Translations under genes and position numbers: made by a program | Part shown: positions 1 to 7,496 of the stretch, in pieces | Numbering within the stretch: position 1 is the first letter of the stretch | Layout of the letters: each line of letters opens with the position of its first letter | Source: an uncultured beta proteobacterium | Lineage (GTDB): Bacteria > Pseudomonadota > Gammaproteobacteria > Burkholderiales > Burkholderiaceae_C | Reading direction: 5' to 3' | Length of the DNA stretch: 32,000 nucleotides | NCBI GenBank assembly: GCA_903909815.1 | Contig: CAIVXG010000223.1 | Location: 3,488-35,487, forward strand | The notes under the pieces: generated by a model | Told to the model about the DNA's origin: nothing | The model's input: only the letters and a program-made list of their open reading frames with translations | Databases searched by the model: none

Positions 1-344
1 TGTCGATCCTGGGCGCGATGCAGGTCAGCGCCAGCGGCGATCTGGCCAACTGGATGATCCCCGGCAAGATGGTCAAGGGCATGGGCGGCGCCATGGACCT
101 GGTGGGTGGCGTGAAGAATGTGGTGGTGCTGATGGAGCACGTGGCCAAGAAAAAGGACGGCAGCATCGACCTGAAGATCCTGCCCGCGTGCACGCTGCCG
201 CTGACCGGCGTGGGCGTGGTGGACCGCATCATCACCGATCTGGCGGTGCTGGACATCACACCGCATGGTCTTAAGGTGGTGGAGTTGGCGCCGGGCGTGA
301 CGCGTGAAGAGCTTCAGTCCAAGACGGGCGTGCCGCTGCATTGA
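1..344 (+). CDS. scoB: 3-oxoacid CoA-transferase subunit B, C-terminal fragment (5' end outside window)
   Basis: Open from the window edge in the frame of nt 3. The translation ...[28 protein letters not shown]...[24 protein letters not shown]... is the conserved C-terminal core of family-I CoA-transferase beta subunits. TGA at 342-344. Confidence 0.85.
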   Translation, partial: SILGAMQVSASGDLANWMIPGKMVKGMGGAMDLVGGVKNVVVLMEHVAKKKDGSIDLKILPACTLPLTGVGVVDRIITDLAVLDITPHGLKVVELAPGVTREELQSKTGVPLH

Positions 345-423
345 TCCGGGACGTTTTGGATTCGTTAGCGCGAGTTGCCCGAATCCGGCCAGATTCCGCA
401 CACGGCCCTTGAACCGGCGGGCC

Positions 424-508
424 GTCATTGCGAGCGGAGCGCGGCAATCCATGCTGGCATACACGTGGTGCTCGTGGATTGCAGCGTCGCTGCGCTCCTC
501 GCAATGAC
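424..508. repeat. REP/MITE-like imperfect palindrome (copy 1)
   Basis: Left arm gtcattgcgagcggagcgcggcaatcca (424-451), 23-nt loop, right arm tggattgcagcgtcgctgcgctcctcgcaatgac (475-508). It lies between the convergent scoB and kinase genes. A second copy at 29396-29462 has its arms in the opposite order. Confidence 0.7.
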
Positions 509-548
509 GATGCCGGTGGACCGAGCGACGACGCCTCTTTCCGAAACG

Positions 549-3005
549 TCAGGCGCTGTCGTGTGTTTTCTTCTCTACGGCCTTGGCCGGGTGATTGGGT
601 GTCGGACGCGTCCAAGTGGATAGCTTGCCTGCGAGCTCGCGGATTTCGCGCATCAGGAACATCATGGGCAACAGGCGCCAGGCGGCGACGGCCAGGGCCA
701 AGGCGATGGGCAGGTAGCGCAGGCTTGGGGGCAAGAACAGCGGCACAAACAATACGGCCAGCACCACAAAGATCGCGACATCGCGGCTCAGCCAACCCAC
801 ATTGCGGGCGCGGTGTTCGATCAATTGCTCCACCTTGCCCCGAAGCTGGGTCAACAACGCTTTGGCACGAGCTACCGACTTGCTCATCTGCTGCCAGGGC
901 AGGTCCGAACGGCCCGAGGCCACGATGCGTGCGACCAGATCGAAATAGCGTTCGATGCACGCGGCCAGGTCCGCGCCGCCGGATGGCGCGATCAAACTGG
1001 CGCGGCCCGCAGCTTGAATCTGGGCCAGCACGTTCTGGAACTCCAGGCCCATCGCCTTGCATTCGTCCGACAGAGTTTCCAGTGCGCGTGCTTTGGCCTG
1101 AAGCTGACGCTGCGCCAGCTTGCGCGCCTCGGGCAGCAGCGACTCCAACACCAGCAGGTCGGCGCTCGCCATGGATTGCGGGTCACCCAACTCGCCCAGC
1201 CAGGGGCAGTGCAGCGTGAGCGTTGTCAGGTCCGCGCTGAGGCGTGAACGCAGACGCTGCGCCCAGACCGCGTCGTAGGCAACGGCGAGCAAGCGCGCGT
1301 GCATGTTGGACAGCGCCGGCCGATCGGGATCGCTCTTTCCGTAGAGCAGTTGGTGCACATCGGGATAGTCGTTCTGGCTGGGCGTGGCCGCGGGCGCTTT
1401 CGCCTTGATGCGCGCCATTCCCTGCTCCCAGGCCTGATCCAACAGATCGGCCGCGTCGCCCCAACGCTGCACGATGTCGGCGCATTCTTCATTGCCGGCC
1501 TTCGCGTAGGCTTGCAGCACCCGATATTGGTGCAGTTGATGCAGCCAATGCCCGGCATCCACGTCGCCGTTCAAGGCCTCGTTGGCGTGCATCAGCACCG
1601 CGCGCAAACCCAGCGGCTCGCCACGCCACACCGCCGGGATGCCCGGCGCCAGCTGCAGGATCAAGTGCAGCAACTGCACATCCACCGGCATGCGACTGTC
1701 GTGGCGCAGCTCGAGCAACATGCGCACCACGTTTTGATCGACCTGTACCTCGCGAAACCAGGTTAGCAGCAGGCCGTTGCCGATGTCGGCCACACCCTCA
1801 GCCCAGTTGCGCGACAGCGCCACCGCGAGCTGCTCTGGGCTATAGCAAACCTCCTGACCCAGTCGATAGGCTTTTTCGAAACTGTGAACCACACCCTGTT
1901 CCAGTGGTTCGACCAAGCTGGGGTCGTTTGCCAGCCAGCGCGCAATTTCCCGCTCACTCCAGCGCTGCTTGGGGTCGCGCACCAACAGACCGCGCAGCAG
2001 CTTCTTGAAACTCCGATCCGGGACTTCGGCCAGGTCGATGCCACGCGTCGTCAGGTGGTGCAGTACCACCGGTTCCGAGAGTCCGGCAAACGGGTGTTTC
2101 CCCAAAATGGATTCCAGAATGATGATGCCCAGGGCCCAGTAATCGGCCTTGACGTCGATCACGCCCGACAGGCTCTCGGGCGAGGCATAGGGCAGGGTGC
2201 GCGCCGTGCCGGTGAAACGTTGCGTGGCTTCGAGCACGGAGGAAATGCCGAAATCGGTCAGCACCAACCCCAGTGGTTTCAGCGTGCGCACCAGGATGTT
2301 CTCGGGCTTGAGGTCGCGGTGCAGCAGACCCACTGCGTGCACGGCCACGATGGCCGCAGTCACCTGGCGCAGCACCTCCCGCAAGCCATCGCCGGCCAGG
2401 GGCCCGGCGCGCAACAAGTCGCGCAGCGAGCCGCTCTGGCAGTACTCCATCAACTCGTAGGCGTAACCCTGCGCCGTGCCGCTCTCCAGCACCCGTACGC
2501 AGCAGCTTGGGTCCACCCGCGCCATGCGCTGCAACACCTCGGCTCGGGGGTGCACGCCGTGGCGATAGATCTTGGCCACGAGCGTGGGTCCGCCGCCCAC
2601 GCTTTGCACCAGTAGCAGCTCCGCCTCGGCACCGGAAGTGGTTAGGGGCTGGAGGATGCGGTACTGATCTTTCAGTTTGCCCGGCAGGCTGATCAAACTC
2701 TGCAGCTGATCGCCGGACCCAGAGACTCGCGTCAACGGGCGGTCGCAGTAGAGGCAGGTTTTGGAGCCGGGTGGGTTGCTTTGGCCGCAGTCGTCATAGG
2801 CACAGATTGCCGGTAAGGCTGTAGCCAGCGTCGAGACATCAGCCTGGGATGTTGCAGCTGGGGCAATGGCGGCGGGTGCGACAGCGCTTGCCTGTCGGCT
2901 TACCAGGTCGACCCCGGCCAGCAAGGCACCGCAGGCGCAGCGCATGACCTGCGGCGTGTTCTCGGTTGCGCAACTTGGGCAAAGGCGATAGTAATCCGCG
3001 TTCAA
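549..3005 (-). CDS. Hanks-type Ser/Thr protein kinase with two N-terminal zinc ribbons, a large helical C-terminal region and a C-terminal TM hairpin (818 aa)
   Basis: Two zinc ribbons: CPSC...CACG and CAYDDCG...CLYC. Kinase motifs: VAKIY (Lys), HRDLKPENILV, DFG, YASPE. Two hydrophobic helices sit near the C terminus (VAIFVVLAVLFVPLFL, IALALAVAAWRLLPMMFL). TTG start at 3005 is preceded by GGAGG with a 9-nt spacer. The next in-frame Met would delete the first zinc ribbon. Confidence 0.85.
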   Translation of the reverse strand: MNADYYRLCPSCATENTPQVMRCACGALLAGVDLVSRQASAVAPAAIAPAATSQADVSTLATALPAICAYDDCGQSNPPGSKTCLYCDRPLTRVSGSGDQLQSLISLPGKLKDQYRILQPLTTSGAEAELLLVQSVGGGPTLVAKIYRHGVHPRAEVLQRMARVDPSCCVRVLESGTAQGYAYELMEYCQSGSLRDLLRAGPLAGDGLREVLRQVTAAIVAVHAVGLLHRDLKPENILVRTLKPLGLVLTDFGISSVLEATQRFTGTARTLPYASPESLSGVIDVKADYWALGIIILESILGKHPFAGLSEPVVLHHLTTRGIDLAEVPDRSFKKLLRGLLVRDPKQRWSEREIARWLANDPSLVEPLEQGVVHSFEKAYRLGQEVCYSPEQLAVALSRNWAEGVADIGNGLLLTWFREVQVDQNVVRMLLELRHDSRMPVDVQLLHLILQLAPGIPAVWRGEPLGLRAVLMHANEALNGDVDAGHWLHQLHQYRVLQAYAKAGNEECADIVQRWGDAADLLDQAWEQGMARIKAKAPAATPSQNDYPDVHQLLYGKSDPDRPALSNMHARLLAVAYDAVWAQRLRSRLSADLTTLTLHCPWLGELGDPQSMASADLLVLESLLPEARKLAQRQLQAKARALETLSDECKAMGLEFQNVLAQIQAAGRASLIAPSGGADLAACIERYFDLVARIVASGRSDLPWQQMSKSVARAKALLTQLRGKVEQLIEHRARNVGWLSRDVAIFVVLAVLFVPLFLPPSLRYLPIALALAVAAWRLLPMMFLMREIRELAGKLSTWTRPTPNHPAKAVEKKTHDSA

Positions 3006-3008
3006 CGA

Positions 3009-3665
3009 CTAAGGCCTCCAGGAGACTTGGCTGAACGCCAGCCCGCGTTCAGCACAGGACGCCTCCAGCGCTGCCATGTCGCCCCGCGCCGGAATCCCCA
3101 CGTACCAGACCCGGTTGCCGTCCACCATGGTCTGCATGCGCTTGTCCGACACCTGCGCCAGCGCGTCGACTTGGGTTGCGTATCTCTGGCGGCCAAGCTC
3201 GGACAACGGCAGCAGCGGCTGATTGGATGAACCGCGCCAGACGTGGGTGAGCGGTCGGGTCTGCACGAAGGGCTCGGGAATGAGCGCGTCAAGCTGCGCC
3301 AGCAGCGGTGCGTGTTTCTTTTGCAGCGCGGCCAGCGTGTAGCCGCTGTAGCACAAGATGTCGAAATCCAGTTTGACGCTGCGGCGCCATTGCGCCAATC
3401 CGGCCAGCAGCGCTGCCAGCGCCTGTGGTTGATCGAAGGGTTCGCCGCCCGTAATCGTCACGCCATCGAGCTTACCGCCGCAAGTCTCGCGGCACCAGGA
3501 CAGCAACTGCACAACGCTCATGTCGCGCCCCGGATCAACGCCCCAGGTGTCCTGCGAGACGCAGCCCTTGCAGCCGATGCTGCAGCCCTGAACCCAGATG
3601 CCGATGCGCCGTCCCGGCCCCAGCACCGTCACGGGAAAGTGCGCCTTGTTGATGGATATCTTCAT
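3009..3665 (-). CDS. NrdG-like radical SAM activating enzyme (4Fe-4S single-cluster domain protein), 218 aa
   Basis: N-terminal VLGPGRRIGIWVQGCSIGCKGCVSQDTW contains CX3CX2C in the NrdG/PflA-type context. GVTITGGEPFDQP is the GGE SAM motif. The ATG at 3665 overlaps the upstream stop as ATGA (3662-3665); the ORF track start at 3671 is a GTG. Confidence 0.8.
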   Translation of the reverse strand: MKISINKAHFPVTVLGPGRRIGIWVQGCSIGCKGCVSQDTWGVDPGRDMSVVQLLSWCRETCGGKLDGVTITGGEPFDQPQALAALLAGLAQWRRSVKLDFDILCYSGYTLAALQKKHAPLLAQLDALIPEPFVQTRPLTHVWRGSSNQPLLPLSELGRQRYATQVDALAQVSDKRMQTMVDGNRVWYVGIPARGDMAALEASCAERGLAFSQVSWRP

Positions 3666-5500
3666 GTGCACTGGAGGCGCAGCGTGATCACTTTTTCCAC
3701 ATCGGACAGACCGGTGATAGTCACCGTCTTGACGCCCTCCATCTCGGTCTCAAACAGCGCGCGCGACAGCGGGTTGATGAACACCGACTCCAGCTGGTTG
3801 CCGATGCCGCGCCCCCCTTGGTCCAGGTCGTGCGTGCAGCGCGCCAACAACGCCTGGCGAAACTCGGGTGAAAGAGAAAGTTCCACTTTGAATTCTTCGA
3901 GCAGGCGCCGCGCCACATTGCGCAGCATGCCCTCGAAGATGCGCTCGGCCACGTCGGTGGTGATGAAGTTGAAGACCACGATGTTGTCGCCGATGCGGTT
4001 CAGCAGTTCGGGCCGCGACAGCTTGAACTTGAAATAGTTGCCGATAGCGTCGCGCACCTTTGCTTCGACCGTTTCATAGGGGTCGCCGGGGCGCACGCTT
4101 TGCACGCGCTGGCCTTGCGCGTCTTCGACGTAGATGCCCAGATTCGACGTGAACACCAGGATCGTTTCGGAAAAATAGGCGGTGTCGCCGCGGCCGTCGG
4201 TGAGGCGGCCGTCTTCCAGAATCTGCAAAAACTTGTCCAGGATGCGCGGATGCGCCTTCTCGATCTCGTCGAACAGCACGACCGAAAACGGCTTCTCGCG
4301 CACCGCGTTCGTGAGCTCGCCGCCGGCGTCGAATCCGATGTAGCCGGGCGGCGCACCGAGCAGTCGCGCACTCGTGTGCTCCTCGGCGAATTCGCTCATG
4401 TCATAGCGCAGGTAGGCGCGCTCGTCGCCGAACACCAATTGCGTCAGCGTCTTGGCCAGCTCGGTCTTGCCCACGCCCGTGGGTCCGGCAAAGAACAGCA
4501 CGCCGCGCGGTCGGCTGCCGCCGGAGCGGGCTTGTGCGCCCGTGAGTCCCATCACGGAGCGCTTCAGAATGTCCAGCGTCTTGACCACGGCCGGGTGCTG
4601 ACCCTTGACGCGATCCTCGATGAAGGGCTGCGCATCGCGGATCTTCTGGCGCAGATAGTCCTTGCGCCAGGGGTTGTCCAGCGCACCGACCTTGTAGCAG
4701 CGCATCGCGTCGTCGATATGCTGGATGCCCAGATGTGCGCGATCCGCCAACTCGGTGATGTCGGAGAGCGCGGTCAGCGTCAGGCCTTCCGTGCCTTCGG
4801 TGAAATTCTTCACGAACTGCTCCCGCACCGGTTCGGCCGCTTCGGCGAAACCCTGAAACAGCGGCGCCAGTTGTGTCGCGGCGGCTTGCCGCGTTTCGAA
4901 ATCGGGTTTGCCTATGATCAGACTGGCGACGCGCTCGCTGTCCAGCGTGAACCACGAAGGCAGGTCCTGCGCGCGGTTTAGCAACCACAGCACCGGGTTG
5001 TATTGGGGTGAGCCGCCAGCCTCGCGCGGCACCATCGGGGCGGCATTCAGGGACAGCTTTTCGGCCGCAACAAAGAAGCGGTGTTCGGCCTCGCCCAGAT
5101 GTTCCACCTGGCGCGTCATGCGCGAGGCGAAGTCCAGCACCAGGGCGCATCGTGCCTCGCGCTGAGAGCTCAACTTCTTCATCACGCCGCTGAGCGTTTC
5201 CAGGCTCATCACCTGGCAGCCACCCGCCAGCTTGAGATCGAACAATCGCTCTGCCAGCTCCCGCGCCACGGGTTCGTCCGGGTAGACGCGCAGGCCATCG
5301 GCCGGGTCGAACACCAGGAAGAAACGGTAGTCGCGAACCTTCAGCGCTTCCCACAGCGCGCGCAGCAGCGGCACCAGCGCCGCACCGGTGGCCAGCGAAA
5401 CAAGAAAACTGTCGCGAATCGAGCCCGAGACCACAAACTGTGAGCGAATGGCGAGCAGGCGTTCCAGGTCGGCGAGCCAGCGGGGGGCGGGGATTTTCAT
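3662..5500 (-). CDS. Clp/Hsp100 D2-type AAA+ ATPase with a Walker-A-less N-terminal half (612 aa)
   Basis: GVLFFAGPTGVGKTELAK (Walker A), VVLFDEIEKAHP (Walker B), LVFTSNLG (sensor 1), and the ARLLGAPPGYIGFD signature typical of the ClpA/ClpB second tier. I chose the start at the ATG at 5500 (MKIPAPRW...) because it forms an ATGA overlap with the upstream stop. The 61 Arg/Ala-rich codons upstream in the ORF track look like a high-GC read-through artefact. Confidence 0.85.
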   Translation of the reverse strand: MKIPAPRWLADLERLLAIRSQFVVSGSIRDSFLVSLATGAALVPLLRALWEALKVRDYRFFLVFDPADGLRVYPDEPVARELAERLFDLKLAGGCQVMSLETLSGVMKKLSSQREARCALVLDFASRMTRQVEHLGEAEHRFFVAAEKLSLNAAPMVPREAGGSPQYNPVLWLLNRAQDLPSWFTLDSERVASLIIGKPDFETRQAAATQLAPLFQGFAEAAEPVREQFVKNFTEGTEGLTLTALSDITELADRAHLGIQHIDDAMRCYKVGALDNPWRKDYLRQKIRDAQPFIEDRVKGQHPAVVKTLDILKRSVMGLTGAQARSGGSRPRGVLFFAGPTGVGKTELAKTLTQLVFGDERAYLRYDMSEFAEEHTSARLLGAPPGYIGFDAGGELTNAVREKPFSVVLFDEIEKAHPRILDKFLQILEDGRLTDGRGDTAYFSETILVFTSNLGIYVEDAQGQRVQSVRPGDPYETVEAKVRDAIGNYFKFKLSRPELLNRIGDNIVVFNFITTDVAERIFEGMLRNVARRLLEEFKVELSLSPEFRQALLARCTHDLDQGGRGIGNQLESVFINPLSRALFETEMEGVKTVTITGLSDVEKVITLRLQCT

Positions 5501-6558
5501 TTGAGCTCGCGTTGTTGAAGTTGAGAACGTGATGCGGAGGCATCTTCGTCGGCGAAGCGCGGCAGTTTGTCGGCGTCGACGAGCTGCACCGGCAGCTCGC
5601 CCGCAGCGAGTCGGCGTGTCACGTCCAGATGCACCCCGCGCACTTCCAGCGCCTTGAGCAGCTCCGGGAACTCGGTGCACCACCGGTCCTCCGCCAGATG
5701 GTCGAGCACGCTGCGCTCGTTCTGACCCTGGCTCACGGCGCGAACCACGTTGAAGTTGACGGAACGGGTCTGCGCGTTCACCCGCATGCGCACCATGTAG
5801 TTGCCCCAGGATTGCCGGCGAAAATGCACCACACCGCCTTCGACGAAGAGCGTGCTACCGACCTCTTCCACCTGGTAGCCCAGGTCTTTGAGGGACTGCT
5901 CGACGATGGTGGCGGTGGCTCGTTGCACCTGCTGCTGTTGCAGGTCTTCGATGTGGGCCTGGATGCGGGAGCGCAGTTCCGTGGCGAGCAGCTCGGCGCG
6001 TTCACCCGGCAGCGTGCCGTCGAGTTCTTGCGCCACGCTCTGGATGTGTTGGGGAATGTCACCCAGTTCATGGATGCGCAGCAACAGCCGCTGCGCGAGT
6101 GAGCGCGGCGCCGCGTCGGGCACGGGTAGCTGGACCGCCTGCTCGGCAAACTGGTCGCTCTGGCGCGCGGCTTCAGTCAACAGAATCGCGCGCAGCTCGG
6201 CACTCAGTGCTTGCAGCGCCTGCACGTAAGCCACCAGCGCCTCGGTTTCCTCCGTGTCTGGCGGGGCCGGGCGAGTGGCGCGCACCTGCTCGGCGACGCC
6301 CAGGCGCTCAGCCAGGCCCTGGAGTTGATCGAAACCGACTTCCGCGCTCCTGGCCTCTTGCCCCAGCGCCGTGCGCCCCTGCAACTGCGCGGCGCTTTGC
6401 GCGGCGGTGCGGATTTCGTTCTGTTGCTGATGTTGCTCGTGTAAGGTGGCGGCATGGGCATAGCCCTGATACACCGCTTGCGCCGCGCGAATCGCTGCGG
6501 CAGAGAGCAGCGCAGCGATTGGGCTGGCCGTAATGACGACTGTGATGGGACCACTCAT
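5497..6558 (-). CDS. Hypothetical protein: N-terminal hydrophobic segment, long Q/A/E/L-rich coiled-coil region, C-terminal globular domain (353 aa)
   Basis: Long ORF with host-like codon composition. The ATG at 6558 (MSGPITVVITASPIAALL...) is the first start that does not overlap the divergent SRAP gene. The stop overlaps the AAA+ start. No recognisable catalytic motif and no obvious SD, so the start is uncertain (in-frame TTG at 6588). Confidence 0.6.
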   Translation of the reverse strand: MSGPITVVITASPIAALLSAAAIRAAQAVYQGYAHAATLHEQHQQQNEIRTAAQSAAQLQGRTALGQEARSAEVGFDQLQGLAERLGVAEQVRATRPAPPDTEETEALVAYVQALQALSAELRAILLTEAARQSDQFAEQAVQLPVPDAAPRSLAQRLLLRIHELGDIPQHIQSVAQELDGTLPGERAELLATELRSRIQAHIEDLQQQQVQRATATIVEQSLKDLGYQVEEVGSTLFVEGGVVHFRRQSWGNYMVRMRVNAQTRSVNFNVVRAVSQGQNERSVLDHLAEDRWCTEFPELLKALEVRGVHLDVTRRLAAGELPVQLVDADKLPRFADEDASASRSQLQQRELK

Positions 6559-6609
6559 GGGGCGAAGTATCGCAGGTAGATGCGCCAATGTTTGAGTAAG
6601 ATTCCATCC

Positions 6610-7248
6610 ATGTGCTCTCACTACCAGGCCCTCAAACTTTACGAACTGGGTTGGAAACGCTTTGGCGTGGCGGCGCCGGCGGCGCTTGTGAGGGCCGAGC
6701 TCTGGCCTGGCTACGTGGGCGCCTTCGTGCGCAGACATGCCCACGCCGACCTTGGCGATGCCGCAGTCCCCGAGCGCGAGGTCCTGGCCGGCGTGTTCGG
6801 ATTGCTGCCGCGCTGGTCCAAGGACCTGAAGTTGGCGCGACACACGTTCAACGCCAGGTCGGAAACGGTATCCGAGAAACCCAGCTTTCGGGACGCCTGG
6901 CGCAAGGGTCAGCGCTGCATCATCCCCGCTCAGGCGATATACGAACCCGACTGGCGTACCGGCAAGGCGGTGCCGACACGGATCTCGCGCGCTGATGGCG
7001 CACCCATGGGGCTGGCGGGCTTGTGGGACTGGTCAGCGCTGGGAGGCGGGACACTCAGCTACACCATGCTCACGATCAACGCCGACGAGCATCCCTTCAT
7101 GAATCAGTTTCACAGGCCGCAGGAGGAAAAACGGTCCGTGGTCATCCTGCCCGATGCCGCTTACGCCGACTGGCTTGATGCCGCGGTCGCAGATCAGGGC
7201 GGCCTTTTGCAACTTTACCCGGCGCATGCATTGACGGCATCGACCTAG
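6610..7248 (+). CDS. SOS-response-associated peptidase (SRAP/YedK-type abasic-site processing protein), 212 aa
   Basis: Start set at MCSHYQ... so that the catalytic Cys is residue 2, as in the SRAP family. NARSETVSEKPSFRDAWRKGQRCIIPA parallels YedK NARVETAATSRMFKPLWQHGRAICFA. A conserved H..R.P motif (FHRPQEEKRSVVIL) lies in the C-terminal third. Confidence 0.8.
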   Translation: MCSHYQALKLYELGWKRFGVAAPAALVRAELWPGYVGAFVRRHAHADLGDAAVPEREVLAGVFGLLPRWSKDLKLARHTFNARSETVSEKPSFRDAWRKGQRCIIPAQAIYEPDWRTGKAVPTRISRADGAPMGLAGLWDWSALGGGTLSYTMLTINADEHPFMNQFHRPQEEKRSVVILPDAAYADWLDAAVADQGGLLQLYPAHALTAST

Positions 7249-7496
7249 GTCGTTCAGGCGGTTGCGCCCACAATACAGACCCGCTGCGGATGCCCGAACT
7301 GGAACGGGAGTGGCAATGACCCGGCATCGGGAGTTCGTCAGAATTCCTGAGCACACTGGAATGCCCCCCGCTGAACTACCGACATAAGTAGCTCAGACTT
7401 GCTAACCCCGATGGGGGAAGGGAGATGCCATAACTCCCGCAAAGTGCGCTATGGTGTATCCATGTCGGAAACGTTTCGGTTCGTGGGACCTTGCAT

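Noticed and set aside
271-1219. Two 263-aa ORFs (271-1062 minus strand, 428-1219 plus strand) spanning the scoB-kinase junction
   Set aside because: They are Arg/Pro/Gly-rich junk translations. They run across the REP palindrome and into the 3' end of the kinase gene, and there is no independent coding evidence.
2690-2740. An RVSG tetrapeptide in the kinase N-terminal region (LTRVSGSGD), resembling the glycyl-radical signature RV[SA]G[YF]. It would be attractive as a substrate for the neighbouring activase.
   Set aside because: A four-residue match is expected by chance. It lacks the aromatic residue after Gly. It sits in an apparently flexible linker near the N terminus rather than in a C-terminal glycyl-radical domain.
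5501-5683. N-terminal extensions proposed by the ORF track for the AAA+ gene. The same applies to 6559-6843, 20944-21375, 22492-22656, 25128-25289 and 27940-28029.
   Set aside because: The extensions overlap the preceding genes, are compositionally aberrant, and remove the good SD/ATGA contexts. Internal starts reproduce the conserved N termini (AceE, AceF, PrlC, RpiA and PyrD homologues).
7400-7440. Possible sigma-28 (FliA) promoter upstream of the MCP (TAAC ... GCCATAA)
   Set aside because: The spacing between the two half-sites is about 20 nt instead of 15, and both halves deviate from TAAA/GCCGATAA.
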